This document shows positions 53,256-62,090 of a stretch of DNA of 64,000 nt, one piece after another. This DNA comes from Acidimicrobiaceae bacterium (GTDB lineage Bacteria; Actinomycetota; Acidimicrobiia; Acidimicrobiales; RAAP-2): contig PKYA01000062.1 in the NCBI GenBank assembly GCA_003133545.1, positions 7,135 to 71,134 on the forward strand, written 5' to 3'. Position numbers and translations under genes: made by a program. Below the pieces are notes generated by a model, which searched no databases, was not told the origin of the DNA, and was given only the letters and a program-made list of their open reading frames with translations. How positions within the stretch are numbered: the stretch's first letter is position 1; every line of letters begins with the position of its first letter.

Positions 53256-54013
53256 AGCTTCCAGACCGAGCAAGCAAGCCCAGGTCGTCCGGGCTGACAA
53301 TGATGGTGGACGGCGGATTGCCCACCCGGCACTTTCGCGATGTCGTGCAGAGTGGCGCGGAGTTCCTCGACTTCGTGAAGTTCGGATGGGGCACCGCGTT
53401 GGTGACGAAGGATCTCGCCCAGAAGATAGCGGTACTGCAGGAAAGCGGGGTGAACTTCTACTTCGGCGGCACGTTGTTCGAGAAGTTCGTGCTGCAGGAT
53501 CGGCTCGATGACTTCCGTGCGCTGTGCCACGAGCACTCCTGTCACTTCGTGGAGGTGTCCAACGGCACGATCGATCTGACGAATTCTGAGAAGGCCGGCT
53601 ACATCCGGAAGCTCTCCGGCGAGTTCGACGTCATCTCCGAGGTGGGATTCAAGGATGCGGAGCGCTCCGAGAACCTGCCACCGAGTCGGTGGATCGAATG
53701 CATTCAAGAAGATCTTGACGCCGGAGCCTCGCTCGTGACCCTGGAGTCGAGGGAGAGCGGCCGCTCGGGTATCTGCCGTCCCAACGGCGAGCTCCGATTC
53801 GGGCTCATCGAGGAGCTGTTGGCGAGCGGCCTCCGGCACGAAGGCCTGCTCTTCGAAGCGCCCTCGACCGAGCTCCAGTGCTATTTCGTGAAACGGGTCG
53901 GACCCGATGTCAACTTGGGCAATGTGGCGGCCTCCGCCGTACTCGGGCTCGAGACCATCCGTCTCGGACTCCGGTCCGACACGTTGTGCTGCTTCGAGAG
54001 CGGGGCTGCGTGA
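53237..54013 (+). CDS. comA: (2R)-phospho-3-sulfolactate synthase (ComA family)
   Basis: KPRSSGLTMMVDGGLPTRHFRDVVQSGAEFLDFVKFGWGTALVTKDL...GVNFYFGGTLFE...HFVEVSNGTIDL...ISEVGFKD...LESRESG matches the ComA pattern as I recall it. GGAGGG sits before the ATG. 19-nt overlap with the phosphatase gene. Confidence 0.85.
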   Translation: MRPTALELPDRASKPRSSGLTMMVDGGLPTRHFRDVVQSGAEFLDFVKFGWGTALVTKDLAQKIAVLQESGVNFYFGGTLFEKFVLQDRLDDFRALCHEHSCHFVEVSNGTIDLTNSEKAGYIRKLSGEFDVISEVGFKDAERSENLPPSRWIECIQEDLDAGASLVTLESRESGRSGICRPNGELRFGLIEELLASGLRHEGLLFEAPSTELQCYFVKRVGPDVNLGNVAASAVLGLETIRLGLRSDTLCCFESGAA

Positions 54014-54417
54014 GGGAAGGAAGGGATGTCTTCCACCTCGCCATACCGGCATATGACCTGGCCGAGACCGAGCACTTCTACGTCGGCCGGCTCGGCTGCA
54101 AGCTGGCTCGGCGCTATCCGGATCGCATCACCCTCGACTTCTTCGGGGATCAGGTCGTCTGCCATCTGAGCGAGCCTGGCGCAGGTGTCGCGGGCGGCCT
54201 TTCTCTCTATCCACGGCACTTCGGCATCACGTTCCGCGCAGCGGCGGACTTCGATGCCGTGCACCACCTCTGCGTCGAGCGCAAGATCGAGATGTTCCGC
54301 GAGCTCAGCACCAGATTCGAAGGAATGGTCGAGGTGCACCGCACCTTCGTGCTGCGCGACCCGTCGGACAATCTGGTCGAGTTCAAGCACTATGCCGATC
54401 CCCGGATGATGTACTGA
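54010..54417 (+). CDS. VOC (glyoxalase/dioxygenase fold) family protein
   Basis: GTG 54010 overlaps the comA stop (GTGA). VFHLAIPAYDLAETEHFYVGRLGC...HFGITF...VLRDPSDNLVEFK. Confidence 0.65.
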   Translation: MREGRDVFHLAIPAYDLAETEHFYVGRLGCKLARRYPDRITLDFFGDQVVCHLSEPGAGVAGGLSLYPRHFGITFRAAADFDAVHHLCVERKIEMFRELSTRFEGMVEVHRTFVLRDPSDNLVEFKHYADPRMMY

Positions 54418-54418
54418 C

Positions 54419-56011
54419 ATGGCAGCACTCACTCTGGCCCCGGCACTCTCCGGCACTGCGCCATGCCTTCCCGCAGTGGCCACTCTGGCCGACATCATCG
54501 GCGCGCGGTGCGCCAGCCAGGGGTCCAGGCCGTATCTCGAGCATGCCCGCAGTGGCCGCGTCGTGTCCTTCGGCGAGCTCTCCTGGGCGGTCGAGCTCTG
54601 GACGGCCGTGCTGGACCGCGCAGGCGTCGCGCCTGGGTCCACCGTGGCCCTCTCGATCAGTGATCCCCTTGACTTTTCGATTGCCTTTCTCGGGACCATC
54701 GCGGCCGGGCGCTGGGTCGCGCCGCTGAATCCGGCCCAGCCCGCTCACGGGGCGGCTGGGTTGGAGGCTGCCGCCGCACGGGTGCACGCCGTGATGGTGT
54801 TCGCCGACGCGCCGGTGCCCGCGGGGGTCGACCTCGACTGGGTGCACATGCGCGCGGGTGCGTTTCTCGGGGCCCCCTCGAACCCTGCACACACAAGGCC
54901 GGCGCGGAGGGGAGACGCGGGTGGGGCGGTGCTGGCCTCGTCGGGCACGAGCGGCCCTCCCAAGGTGATCCGACTCGGAGAGGACCAGTTGTTGCACACG
55001 GCGCGCGGTGTCGCCGCCCACCATCGGCTCACCCGGAGCGACCGCGGGTTCTGCCCGCTGCCGCTCTTCCACATCAACGCCGAGGTCGTGGGGTTGCTCG
55101 CCTCGCTCGTCGCCGGGTCATGCCTGGTCCTCGACGACCGCTTCCACCGCACGCGCTTTTGGGGCGTGATGACAGAGCGGCGGATCACCTGGATCAACGC
55201 CGTCCCGGCGATCATCTCGCGGCTGGCCGATCCCCGTGGGGAGGAGATGCCACCGGGCATCCGCTTCATCCGCTCGGCGTCGGCCCCCTTGGCGGTGGCG
55301 ACGGCTGCCCGCTTCGAGGCCACGACCGGCATACCCGTGGTGGAGACATACGGCATGACGGAGGCAGCCAGCCAGATTACGACCAATCCGGTGGACGGCG
55401 GGCGCAAGCTGGGCTCGGTCGGGCTCCCCGTCGGGGTCGAATTGCGCATCGTCGCCGACGAGACGGCCATGCCGGAAGAGTCGGCGCCAGGCTGCCCCCA
55501 CGGCACCGGTCACGTCGAGATTCGGGGACCGTCGGTCATCACGGCTTATGGCGGTGATGACCACCGGGAATGTATCGACTCCGACGGCTGGCTACGGACG
55601 GGAGACCTCGGGCATCTCGACGACGACGGCTACCTCTACCTCGACGCCCGGGCCGACGATGTGATCAACCGTGGCGGTGAGAAGGTCTTCCCCCGCGAGA
55701 TCGAGGAGGTGGCCCTGCTCGATCCCGATGTGGCTGCCATCGCGGTGGTCGCTGCCCTTGATCCCGAGTTGGGTGCGGTGCCCGTGGCGTTCCTCGTGGT
55801 GCACGGCATCGCCGACGACACCGATCGACCCAGGGTCTCCCGCGTGACCCGCCGGGTCCGGGACCACCTCGAGGTGTCGCTCGTCCGGAGCAAGCGGCCT
55901 GCCTCCCTGATGGTGGTACGCGCGCTGCCGGCGGGGGCCACCGGCAAGGTGGCGCGGCGCGCCCTGCGTGCCGGCGACGTGCCGGTCATCTTTCGGCTCG
56001 ACTGCCGATGA
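54419..56011 (+). CDS. AMP-dependent synthetase/ligase (ANL superfamily, acyl-CoA/acyl-AMP forming)
   Basis: LASSGTSGPPKV (AMP motif), ETYGMTEA, GWLRTGDLG, DRADDVINRGGEKVFPREIEE. ATG lies 1 nt after the previous stop. Confidence 0.85.
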   Translation: MAALTLAPALSGTAPCLPAVATLADIIGARCASQGSRPYLEHARSGRVVSFGELSWAVELWTAVLDRAGVAPGSTVALSISDPLDFSIAFLGTIAAGRWVAPLNPAQPAHGAAGLEAAAARVHAVMVFADAPVPAGVDLDWVHMRAGAFLGAPSNPAHTRPARRGDAGGAVLASSGTSGPPKVIRLGEDQLLHTARGVAAHHRLTRSDRGFCPLPLFHINAEVVGLLASLVAGSCLVLDDRFHRTRFWGVMTERRITWINAVPAIISRLADPRGEEMPPGIRFIRSASAPLAVATAARFEATTGIPVVETYGMTEAASQITTNPVDGGRKLGSVGLPVGVELRIVADETAMPEESAPGCPHGTGHVEIRGPSVITAYGGDDHRECIDSDGWLRTGDLGHLDDDGYLYLDARADDVINRGGEKVFPREIEEVALLDPDVAAIAVVAALDPELGAVPVAFLVVHGIADDTDRPRVSRVTRRVRDHLEVSLVRSKRPASLMVVRALPAGATGKVARRALRAGDVPVIFRLDCR

Positions 56012-57213
56012 GCACGCCCGCAGCCGCGTTCGCAGCAGCCGAGCCCGGGCCCGGCACCCGCCAGCGGCTCCATCACATCGACGCCATGCGGCCGGTCAAG
56101 CAGGTCGGCGTCGTCTCGACCCACACGCTGATTGCCTTCGCGCCGGCGGCGGCCGGCGGCGTCGGTGCCGCCCTCCAGCTCCTGCACGCGACGCGTGAGG
56201 CTTTTCTCTTCGTGTCGGCGTGCATGATCACCTACAGCTTTCGCCACGTCTTGCGGGTGGAGCTCGCATCGTTCTGGCGCCGCCGCTTCATGATGGTCGG
56301 GGTGCCGTATCTGTGCTGGACGGCCATCTACTTCTGCCTCACCTGGCGGACCACCACGGGCTCGGTCTCCGCGCGACTCCTCCACTTGGGCTATCTCACG
56401 GCCACCGGGTACTACCAGCTGTATTTCCTGGTGGTCCTGCTCGAGTTCTATGCCGTCTTCCCCCTCCTCATGGCGCTGTTGCGGCGGACCGCCGGCCATC
56501 ACGGGGCGCTCCTCGCGGCGAGCGGGGCGCTCCAGGTGCTGCTCGTCTCGCTCATACACTGGGGCGCGCTCCCGCGCTCGATGCAGGGGTTCTGGGCTAC
56601 CCGCGAGGTCACCTCGTACCAGTTCTACCTCGTCGCCGGGATGGTGGTGGCCCTGCATCTCGATGAGGTGCACCAGTGGCTCTGTGCGCATGTGCGCCTG
56701 GTGGTCGGGTTCACCTTGGCGACAGCGGGGATCGCCGAGGGGTGGTACTTCCTTTCCGCCGACCATGTGGTCTCGTGGTTGGGCTCCAGCTCCGATCCCT
56801 TCCAACCGGTGGTGATCCCGTTCAACATCGGCGCCATCGCCTCCATTTATCTCGTCGGGGTGTGGCTCGTCGGCCCCAATCGCTCCGCAACGACCCGCGC
56901 CCTGACGCAGACCGGTTCGGACGACTCCTACGGTGTGTATCTGGCCCAGTTGGTGTTCATCACGGCCTTGACGTGGGTCGGCTGGGAGCACCTCAGTGCG
57001 TTCGTGCCGTGGCCGGTCCTCAGCATCTGCACCGTCGCGCTCGTCTTCGTAGCCTGTGTGGCCCTTACCGAGCTGCTGGCCCGGACGCCGCTGGCAAAGC
57101 CCCTTACCGGACGATCACGTGTGCCGCAGGGGCCGGGGCTGCGTCGCACCACCGCCGTGGTCGGCGCGGATCCCCTCGGGGGAAAACAGATGGTCCCGTC
57201 CGGACGCCTCTGA
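56008..57213 (+). CDS. acyltransferase family 3 (AT3) integral membrane protein
   Basis: ATGA overlap with the ligase stop. HHIDAMRPVKQVGVVSTH, REAFLFVSACMITY, GVPYLCWTAIYF, YYQLYFLVVLLEFY, about 10 TM segments. Confidence 0.8.
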   Translation: MSTPAAAFAAAEPGPGTRQRLHHIDAMRPVKQVGVVSTHTLIAFAPAAAGGVGAALQLLHATREAFLFVSACMITYSFRHVLRVELASFWRRRFMMVGVPYLCWTAIYFCLTWRTTTGSVSARLLHLGYLTATGYYQLYFLVVLLEFYAVFPLLMALLRRTAGHHGALLAASGALQVLLVSLIHWGALPRSMQGFWATREVTSYQFYLVAGMVVALHLDEVHQWLCAHVRLVVGFTLATAGIAEGWYFLSADHVVSWLGSSSDPFQPVVIPFNIGAIASIYLVGVWLVGPNRSATTRALTQTGSDDSYGVYLAQLVFITALTWVGWEHLSAFVPWPVLSICTVALVFVACVALTELLARTPLAKPLTGRSRVPQGPGLRRTTAVVGADPLGGKQMVPSGRL

Positions 57214-57221
57214 GCGGATAC

Positions 57222-58103
57222 TCAAGACCCGATGGCGTCGCCCACGGCGTCAGCGATGGCCTCGCCGATGACCCGATAGCCCGCATCGTTGGGGTGCTTG
57301 TTGGGACCGAGGGGTGCGGGTGCGCATTCCCAGGTCAGCGCACAGGTGCGCGCCACGTCCAGCGGGACGGTCCCGAAGCCGGGCACCGACGTCGGCTGCG
57401 TGTTCGTCATGTCGAATGCCGCGGGGATGTCGGCGACAGGGATCCCCGCGGCGCCATAGGCGGCACGCAACGCGTCGTTGAGCCTGAGGATTACGGCCAG
57501 GGACTGCGCGGCGAACATTCGCCCTGCTGGCCCGTCGAGGGCGGAGGCCAGGTAGGGGTCGTAGTGGGTGAGCCCAATCATCAGCGTCCCCGGTGCGGCG
57601 GTTTCTTTGAGCAGGGTCAGTATCTGGGGGAGCTGCACCCCGACGTCCCGCAGGGCGCGCGCCACGCAGGTCTCGTCGATCGTCGCGTGCCTGAGGCAGC
57701 GCACCACGTCGTTGAAGCCGAGATCAACCGTTATCAGCACCGTCGACGGGTGCTGGTGGAGAAAGGACAGCGCTGCTCCAAGTTGTGAAGCCTGCGGGTA
57801 GGTGCAGTGATCCGTTCCGGTGCGCATGGTCGCTGTGGTCTCACCGGGACATCCGAGGTCCACCAACCGCAGGTCATGCCAGCGAGAGCGTTCGGCGTCG
57901 AGCAGATCGTTCGCGTAGCCCGAGAGCGTGCGCTCCCCGTGGGGATCGGCGGCGGTGGGTTGGAAGCCGACCGATGCGGACCCTCCGAGGGCGAGGTAGT
58001 AGGGGGAGTCCTGGTCCACCGCGCCGAGGGGCGGTGCGGCGCCGGCGACGCCGCCGAGCAGCCCGGCCGCCCCCGCGCAGAGTGCAACTGTGCCCACCCG
58101 CAT
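57222..58103 (-). CDS. secreted SGNH/GDSL-like hydrolase
   Basis: Signal peptide MRVGTVALCAGAAGLLGGVAGA. YLALGGSASVG (block I Ser), VDLGFNDV (block III), HPNDAGY (block V). Only the C-terminal 293 codons of the 570-aa track ORF are used. Confidence 0.75.
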   Translation of the reverse strand: MRVGTVALCAGAAGLLGGVAGAAPPLGAVDQDSPYYLALGGSASVGFQPTAADPHGERTLSGYANDLLDAERSRWHDLRLVDLGCPGETTATMRTGTDHCTYPQASQLGAALSFLHQHPSTVLITVDLGFNDVVRCLRHATIDETCVARALRDVGVQLPQILTLLKETAAPGTLMIGLTHYDPYLASALDGPAGRMFAAQSLAVILRLNDALRAAYGAAGIPVADIPAAFDMTNTQPTSVPGFGTVPLDVARTCALTWECAPAPLGPNKHPNDAGYRVIGEAIADAVGDAIGS

Positions 58104-58280
58104 GACGGCCCGCCGCCACCGCGACTGCCCTGACTCCACTTCCCCTCCCAGCTCATCGGGGGAACGGCGTCCCCGGCCCGTCCTACGTCCAGGGCGGGAC
58201 GTTACCTGCGCCATGGTCCGCGGCGTCCGCGCCCGGCGGCGTGGCGCGCCGGTGCCCCAGGCTGGGTCACACTGGTTGGC

Positions 58281-59960
58281 ATGGCAGCTCAGTTCATTTA
58301 CACCATGCGCGACCTCCGCCGGTTCTACCCACCCGATCGTGAGGTGCTGCGGGGCATTAACCTCTCGTTCTACCCGGGGGCCAAGATCGGGGTCATCGGC
58401 TCGAACGGATCGGGCAAGTCGTCCCTGCTGCGGATCATGGCGGGAGAGGACGACGGCTTCACCGGCGAGGCCCGTCTCACACCCGAGTTCACGGTGGGCT
58501 TCCTGGCCCAGGAGCCCACACTGGACCCCACCAAGGACGTGGCCGGCAACGTGGCGGACGGCGTCGGGCCGGCCAAAGGTCTCCTCGACCGCTACAACGA
58601 GGTGTGCGCCGCTTTCGCCGAGCCCGACGCCGACTTCGACGCATTGCTGGCCGAGCAGGCCGACCTGCAGACGAAGATCGATGCTGCCGGGGTATGGGAC
58701 CTCGAGCGCACCATCGAGATCGCCATGGATGCGCTGCGGCTGCCACCTGGTGACGCCGATGTGACGACGCTTTCGGGCGGCGAGCAGCGCCGGGTGGCGC
58801 TGTGCCGCCTCTTGCTCTCGAGGCCCGACCTGCTCCTGCTCGACGAGCCCACCAACCATCTCGACGCCGAGTCCGTGGCGTGGCTGGAGCGCACCTTGCA
58901 GGACTACCCCGGCACCGTGGTGGCCGTCACCCACGATCGCTATTTCTTGGACAACGTGGCCGGCTGGATCCTCGAGTTGGACCGGGGGGCAGGCATTCCG
59001 TGGCAGGGGAATTACTCGTCGTGGTTGGAGCAGAAGCAGGCCCGCTTGGCGGGAGAGGAGAAGTCGGACCGGTCCCGCCAGCAGGCGCTGGCCCGAGAGC
59101 TCGAATGGATCCGGATGTCGCCGCGGGCACGGCAGAGCAAGGGGAAGGCCCGCATCACCGCCTACAACGAACTGGCGTCCGAGGCGGAGGCAGCCGAGCG
59201 GCGGGCCGACAAGGTCGAGATCACCATTCCGCCCGGGCCGCGCCTGGGCGACCGGGTGGTCGTGGTCGAAGGATTGGTCAAGGGCTTCGGTGACCGCCTG
59301 TTGATCGACGGGTTGTCGTTCCTGCTTCCTCCCGGCGGGATCGTGGGGGTGATCGGCCCGAACGGCGCCGGCAAGACGACGCTGTTCAAGATGATGGTGG
59401 GGGAGGACAAGCCCGACGCGGGGGACCTCGAGGTGGGCGCCTCCGTGGTCCTCGCCTACGTCGACCAGTCACGCGACAGCCTGGCGCCCGACGCCACGGT
59501 CTTCGACGAGATCACCGGTGGGGTCGAGCGGATCGTCGTGGGGAGCCGAGAGATCCACGGGCGTGCCTACGTGGCCAGCTTCGGGTTCAAGGGAAGCGAT
59601 CAGCAGAAGAAGGTCGGTGAGCTCTCGGGTGGCGAGCGCAACCGGGTGCAGCTGGCCAAGATCCTCAAGAGCGGGGGCAACGTCCTGCTACTCGACGAGC
59701 CGACCAACGACCTCGACGTGGACACCCTGCGCGCGCTCGAGGATGCCCTGCTGGGCTTCCCGGGTTGTGTCGTGGTGATCAGCCACGACCGCTGGTTCCT
59801 CGACCGGATTTCGACGCATGTCCTCGCCTTCGAGGGTGACTCCGAGGTCCGCTGGTGGGAGGGGAACTTCACCGACTACGAAGCCGATCGCAAGAAGCGC
59901 CTCGGCCTCGACGCCGACCAGCCCCACCGCCTCCGCTACAAGCCCTTGGTGCGCGACTGA
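58281..59960 (+). CDS. ettA: energy-dependent translational throttle protein EttA (ABC-F ATPase)
   Basis: MAAQFIYTMRDLRRFYPPDREVLRGINLSFYPGAKIGVIGSNGSGKSSLLRIMAG, LSGGEQRRVALCRLLL, LLLDEPTNHLD, second cassette GPNGAGKTTLFKM, LSGGERNRVQLA, LLLDEPTNDLD. Confidence 0.92.
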   Translation: MAAQFIYTMRDLRRFYPPDREVLRGINLSFYPGAKIGVIGSNGSGKSSLLRIMAGEDDGFTGEARLTPEFTVGFLAQEPTLDPTKDVAGNVADGVGPAKGLLDRYNEVCAAFAEPDADFDALLAEQADLQTKIDAAGVWDLERTIEIAMDALRLPPGDADVTTLSGGEQRRVALCRLLLSRPDLLLLDEPTNHLDAESVAWLERTLQDYPGTVVAVTHDRYFLDNVAGWILELDRGAGIPWQGNYSSWLEQKQARLAGEEKSDRSRQQALARELEWIRMSPRARQSKGKARITAYNELASEAEAAERRADKVEITIPPGPRLGDRVVVVEGLVKGFGDRLLIDGLSFLLPPGGIVGVIGPNGAGKTTLFKMMVGEDKPDAGDLEVGASVVLAYVDQSRDSLAPDATVFDEITGGVERIVVGSREIHGRAYVASFGFKGSDQQKKVGELSGGERNRVQLAKILKSGGNVLLLDEPTNDLDVDTLRALEDALLGFPGCVVVISHDRWFLDRISTHVLAFEGDSEVRWWEGNFTDYEADRKKRLGLDADQPHRLRYKPLVRD

Positions 59961-60904
59961 CCCGTGCGCCACAACTGGCGGCGCCGGTCCATCACCGAAC
60001 GGCGTGGCCAGTGCACCTCGGTGGCCCAGCCCACGCGCTCGAACACCCGGATGACCTCGGCCGAGATGTCGACCTGTCCAGGGTCGACGCCATGGCGGGC
60101 CGAGCGGGGGAAGGCGTGATGTGCGTTGTGCCAGGCGTCACCGAAGCTGAGTAGGGCCAACGGCGCGAAGTTGGTGCTGCGGTCCCTGTCGCCGAAGGGT
60201 TGCTTCCCGAAAGTGTGGCAGAGCGAGTTGGTGCTCCACGTGACGTGGTGCAAGAGCGCGACCCGCACCACTCCACCCCACAGCCCGGCGAGAAGGGCGC
60301 CCCACACCGTCTTGGTGACGATGAAGCCGATGGCGGATGGGATGAGGAAGGAGAGCACGGTCCACCACACCGCGGTGCGGGAGATGAACGCCACGTCGGG
60401 GTCGTCCACCAGATCCTTGCTCCAGCGCGCCGCGTTGACCTCGTTGGCGACGAAGAGCCAGCCGGCGTGGGCGTGCCACAGCCCCCGGAGCTGATTGCCC
60501 AGGCCCGGACCGTCGGGGACCGGCGAATGGGGGTCCCCCGCCTGGTCCGTGAAGGCGTGGTGGCGGCGGTGCTGGGACACCCAACTGGTCACGGAGCCCT
60601 CTATGCCCATCGTCCCGGCGATGGCCAGGGTCACCTTCAGCCATCGGGCAGGGACGAAAGAGCGGTGGCTGAAAAGGCGGTGGAAGCCGAGGCTGAGCCC
60701 GAGGCCGGTGAAGACGTACATGCCGGCGGCCAGCCCAAGGTCGAGCCAGCCGATGCCGTGATTCCAGAAGATCGCCACGGCGAAAACCACGGCGACCAGA
60801 GGGAGGACGACCAGGAGGGCAGCGCTGACCAGTTGCACCTTGGTGGCCCGGAGCGTCGGGACGGCAGGTGCGACCGGCATGACGTCTGGGGCCACAATGG
60901 TCAC
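59936..60904 (-). CDS. acyl-CoA (stearoyl-CoA delta-9-type) fatty acid desaturase
   Basis: Three His boxes: HRLFSHRSF, HRRHHAFTD, HNAHHAFP. N-terminal TM helices. The 3' end overlaps the ettA 3' end by 25 nt. Confidence 0.85.
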   Translation of the reverse strand: MTIVAPDVMPVAPAVPTLRATKVQLVSAALLVVLPLVAVVFAVAIFWNHGIGWLDLGLAAGMYVFTGLGLSLGFHRLFSHRSFVPARWLKVTLAIAGTMGIEGSVTSWVSQHRRHHAFTDQAGDPHSPVPDGPGLGNQLRGLWHAHAGWLFVANEVNAARWSKDLVDDPDVAFISRTAVWWTVLSFLIPSAIGFIVTKTVWGALLAGLWGGVVRVALLHHVTWSTNSLCHTFGKQPFGDRDRSTNFAPLALLSFGDAWHNAHHAFPRSARHGVDPGQVDISAEVIRVFERVGWATEVHWPRRSVMDRRRQLWRTGQSRTKGL

Positions 60905-61173
60905 TCGAGCTCCGATCGATGAACATCACATCAATTGGGGAGATCGGAAATGTCATCCGGCCCAACGTCGCCAGCATAGCTCTCCCGTCCGGCGGCGCAG
61001 AGTCGGGGGCGCGTTCTGTTCTCCCTGTTCGCAGACGGCGCGGCGCCTGTGCAAAGCTTCCGTCCGCCACGCGACGACGAGCGCGAGAAGGGGGCGAGGA
61101 TGCGCAGCAAGGTCGCGGGAGCACGGGTCCCTGTCATCGCGGCTCGGCGGGTGCTGACCACCCCGACGACGTC

Positions 61174-62085
61174 ATGAGCACCGTGGCATTGCACGACGGT
61201 AAACGCCTGTGGGAGGAGGAGGGCTGGTGCATCCTGCACGGGCTCCTTCCCGCGGACGAGGTGCGGCTGGCGCAGGAAGCGTTGCCCGACCTCTTCCCGA
61301 CGGCCGAGGAGTTCGCGGAGGACCGCGACCCGGCCCGCAATCTGCCGTTCCGCGTCGATTCGCACTCGGTGCTGCCGGCGTTCCCTTTCGAGAGCGGCGT
61401 ACTCAATCGCATGGTCCTGCACGACAAGGTGATCGACCTGGCCCAGGAGTTTCTGGGGTTGACGAACATCCGCCTCTACCAGGGCATGGTGAGCGCGAAG
61501 TACTCCGACGGCGCGCTCGACGACGAACAGCTCCTGCACGTCGACTACGGCAATCACACCTTGGTGGTGCCGCGGCCCGACCTGGGCTACCAGCACCTCG
61601 AGCTCTTCATCTACCTGAGTGACGTGACCGCAGAGACTGCGGCGACGCGGATGGTGTCGCGCCGCCTGACCACGGGCGTCCCGACCGAGAGGACGTATCT
61701 CAGCCTCACGGAGTACCCGGATCTCTACGCGGCCGAGGTGCCTGCCTCGGGCCCGGCCGGCTCCATACTGGCCTACCGGCCCGACGTGTACCACCGGGGG
61801 GTGCGCATGACGGCCCCCGGCGCGGCCCGCTTCATGCTGCACGTCTCGTACAAGCCCGTCGCGACCGATTGGCTCGGGTCCCAGGCCTGGCCCGGAGCGG
61901 CCGAGGGCCTGGCCTGGCACCGGTTCATGCAGGAGACCAACGTGCGCCAGCTCACCATGCTCGGCTTCCCCGAGCCGGGTCACCCGTACTGGAACGAGCA
62001 GACCCTGCGCGGCGTCTCGGCGCGCTACCCCCTCCTCGACATGGCACCGTGGCGCGCCGCGTCCTCCGGCGCCGGCCCGTCTTGA
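61174..62085 (+). CDS. Fe(II)/2-oxoglutarate dioxygenase, phytanoyl-CoA dioxygenase (PhyH)-like
   Basis: ATG 61174 (MSTVALHDGKRLWEEEGWCILHGLL). HVDYGNH (HxD) and a distal YHRG His. Family call from overall resemblance only. Confidence 0.65.
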   Translation: MSTVALHDGKRLWEEEGWCILHGLLPADEVRLAQEALPDLFPTAEEFAEDRDPARNLPFRVDSHSVLPAFPFESGVLNRMVLHDKVIDLAQEFLGLTNIRLYQGMVSAKYSDGALDDEQLLHVDYGNHTLVVPRPDLGYQHLELFIYLSDVTAETAATRMVSRRLTTGVPTERTYLSLTEYPDLYAAEVPASGPAGSILAYRPDVYHRGVRMTAPGAARFMLHVSYKPVATDWLGSQAWPGAAEGLAWHRFMQETNVRQLTMLGFPEPGHPYWNEQTLRGVSARYPLLDMAPWRAASSGAGPS

Positions 62086-62090
62086 GCGGC

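Noticed and set aside
58104-58934. N-terminal part of ORF 57222-58934 (-, 570 aa)
   Set aside because: It is antisense to ettA, which has unmistakable ABC-F motifs. The SGNH protein starts sensibly at the signal-peptide Met at 58103.
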